Below, piece after piece: positions 63,365 through 64,000 of a stretch of DNA of 64,000 bases. The notes beneath the pieces were generated by a model. It was not told the DNA's origin. It made no database searches and saw only the letters and a program-made list of their open reading frames with translations. The DNA comes from Paraspadella gotoi (lineage: Eukaryota; Animalia; Chaetognatha). The stretch spans positions 1,982,787 through 2,046,786 of the forward strand of contig CM119270.1 of the NCBI GenBank assembly GCA_051294375.1, read 5' to 3'. Both the position numbers and the translations under genes were made by a program. The stretch's first letter is position 1. Every line of letters starts with the position of its first letter.

Positions 63365-64000
63365 GTAAGATTATAAAGTAAAATTCGTTACGAAAAAAAG
63401 CACTGTGGTCAATATCGCGCTTTTTTGGACGATCCAATGAGAAACTAGAAAGAATAATCTTTGATTCTTCGCGTATCCAATCAGAAAGAAGCGTAGAGGA
63501 GGAGGAAGAGGAGGAGGAGGAGAAGGAGGAAGAAGAGGAAGATAAAAACGAGGAGACTGAGTTAAAAAGTTAAAAAGTTATTGAAGAGAAATTGAAATTA
63601 AATTGTTTGCTAACAACAGGTTTTTATTCAAAATTAAACGGATATGTTTAGACTGTTAACACAAGGTTCAAAAGTTAAAAAAAGCATAAAATAAACAAAT
63701 AATAGATAAGAAAGTCAAGAAAGGAATTAAGTGTTGAAAAAGGAAACTGTAAGTTGCAACTGTTCAGTGCAAAAACCTTTTTTTGGGGGAGTGGGTTGCT
63801 CGATTTTTATTTAATAAAGAATGAGGCTTTGTTTTTCTTTGTTTAGCGATATTTATTTATAAAAAAACCTTTATTATCCTATGATATCGTATCCCATTCT
63901 AACCTCTCTAGCCATTTAGCCGGGGAAATGTTAATTATCAAATAATTGAGATTCATACAAAATATAAAAATGTCAATTATTTATACTTTTTTATCTACTA

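Overview
Eukaryotic (probably invertebrate animal) scaffold segment, rich in (GA)n, (GAC/GAT)n, (GGAAA)n and similar microsatellites, with many N gaps. Much of the window is redundant. Several direct and inverted copies of the same loci abut six gaps of exactly 25 N, and one copy of each pair is usually indel-rich. This looks like long-read gap-filling artefact or co-assembled haplotypes; the largest pair is 38.4-50.9 kb versus 50.9-62.6 kb. The one confident gene piece is the first coding exon of a TMTC-family O-mannosyltransferase (23921-24403). There are also a few weaker exon candidates, several minisatellites, and a recurring Helentron-associated (HINE/DINE-1-like) non-autonomous element. 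The most interesting feature is a 750-bp miniature LTR retrotransposon (TRIM) at 57481-58230 on the minus strand. It has a tRNA-Trp primer-binding site, and its LTRs carry a tRNA-derived RNA polymerase III promoter (A/B boxes). The duplicate copy of the same insertion site (46435-46701) holds only a solo LTR. Most ORFs in the supplied track are translations of microsatellites or N gaps and are not genes.
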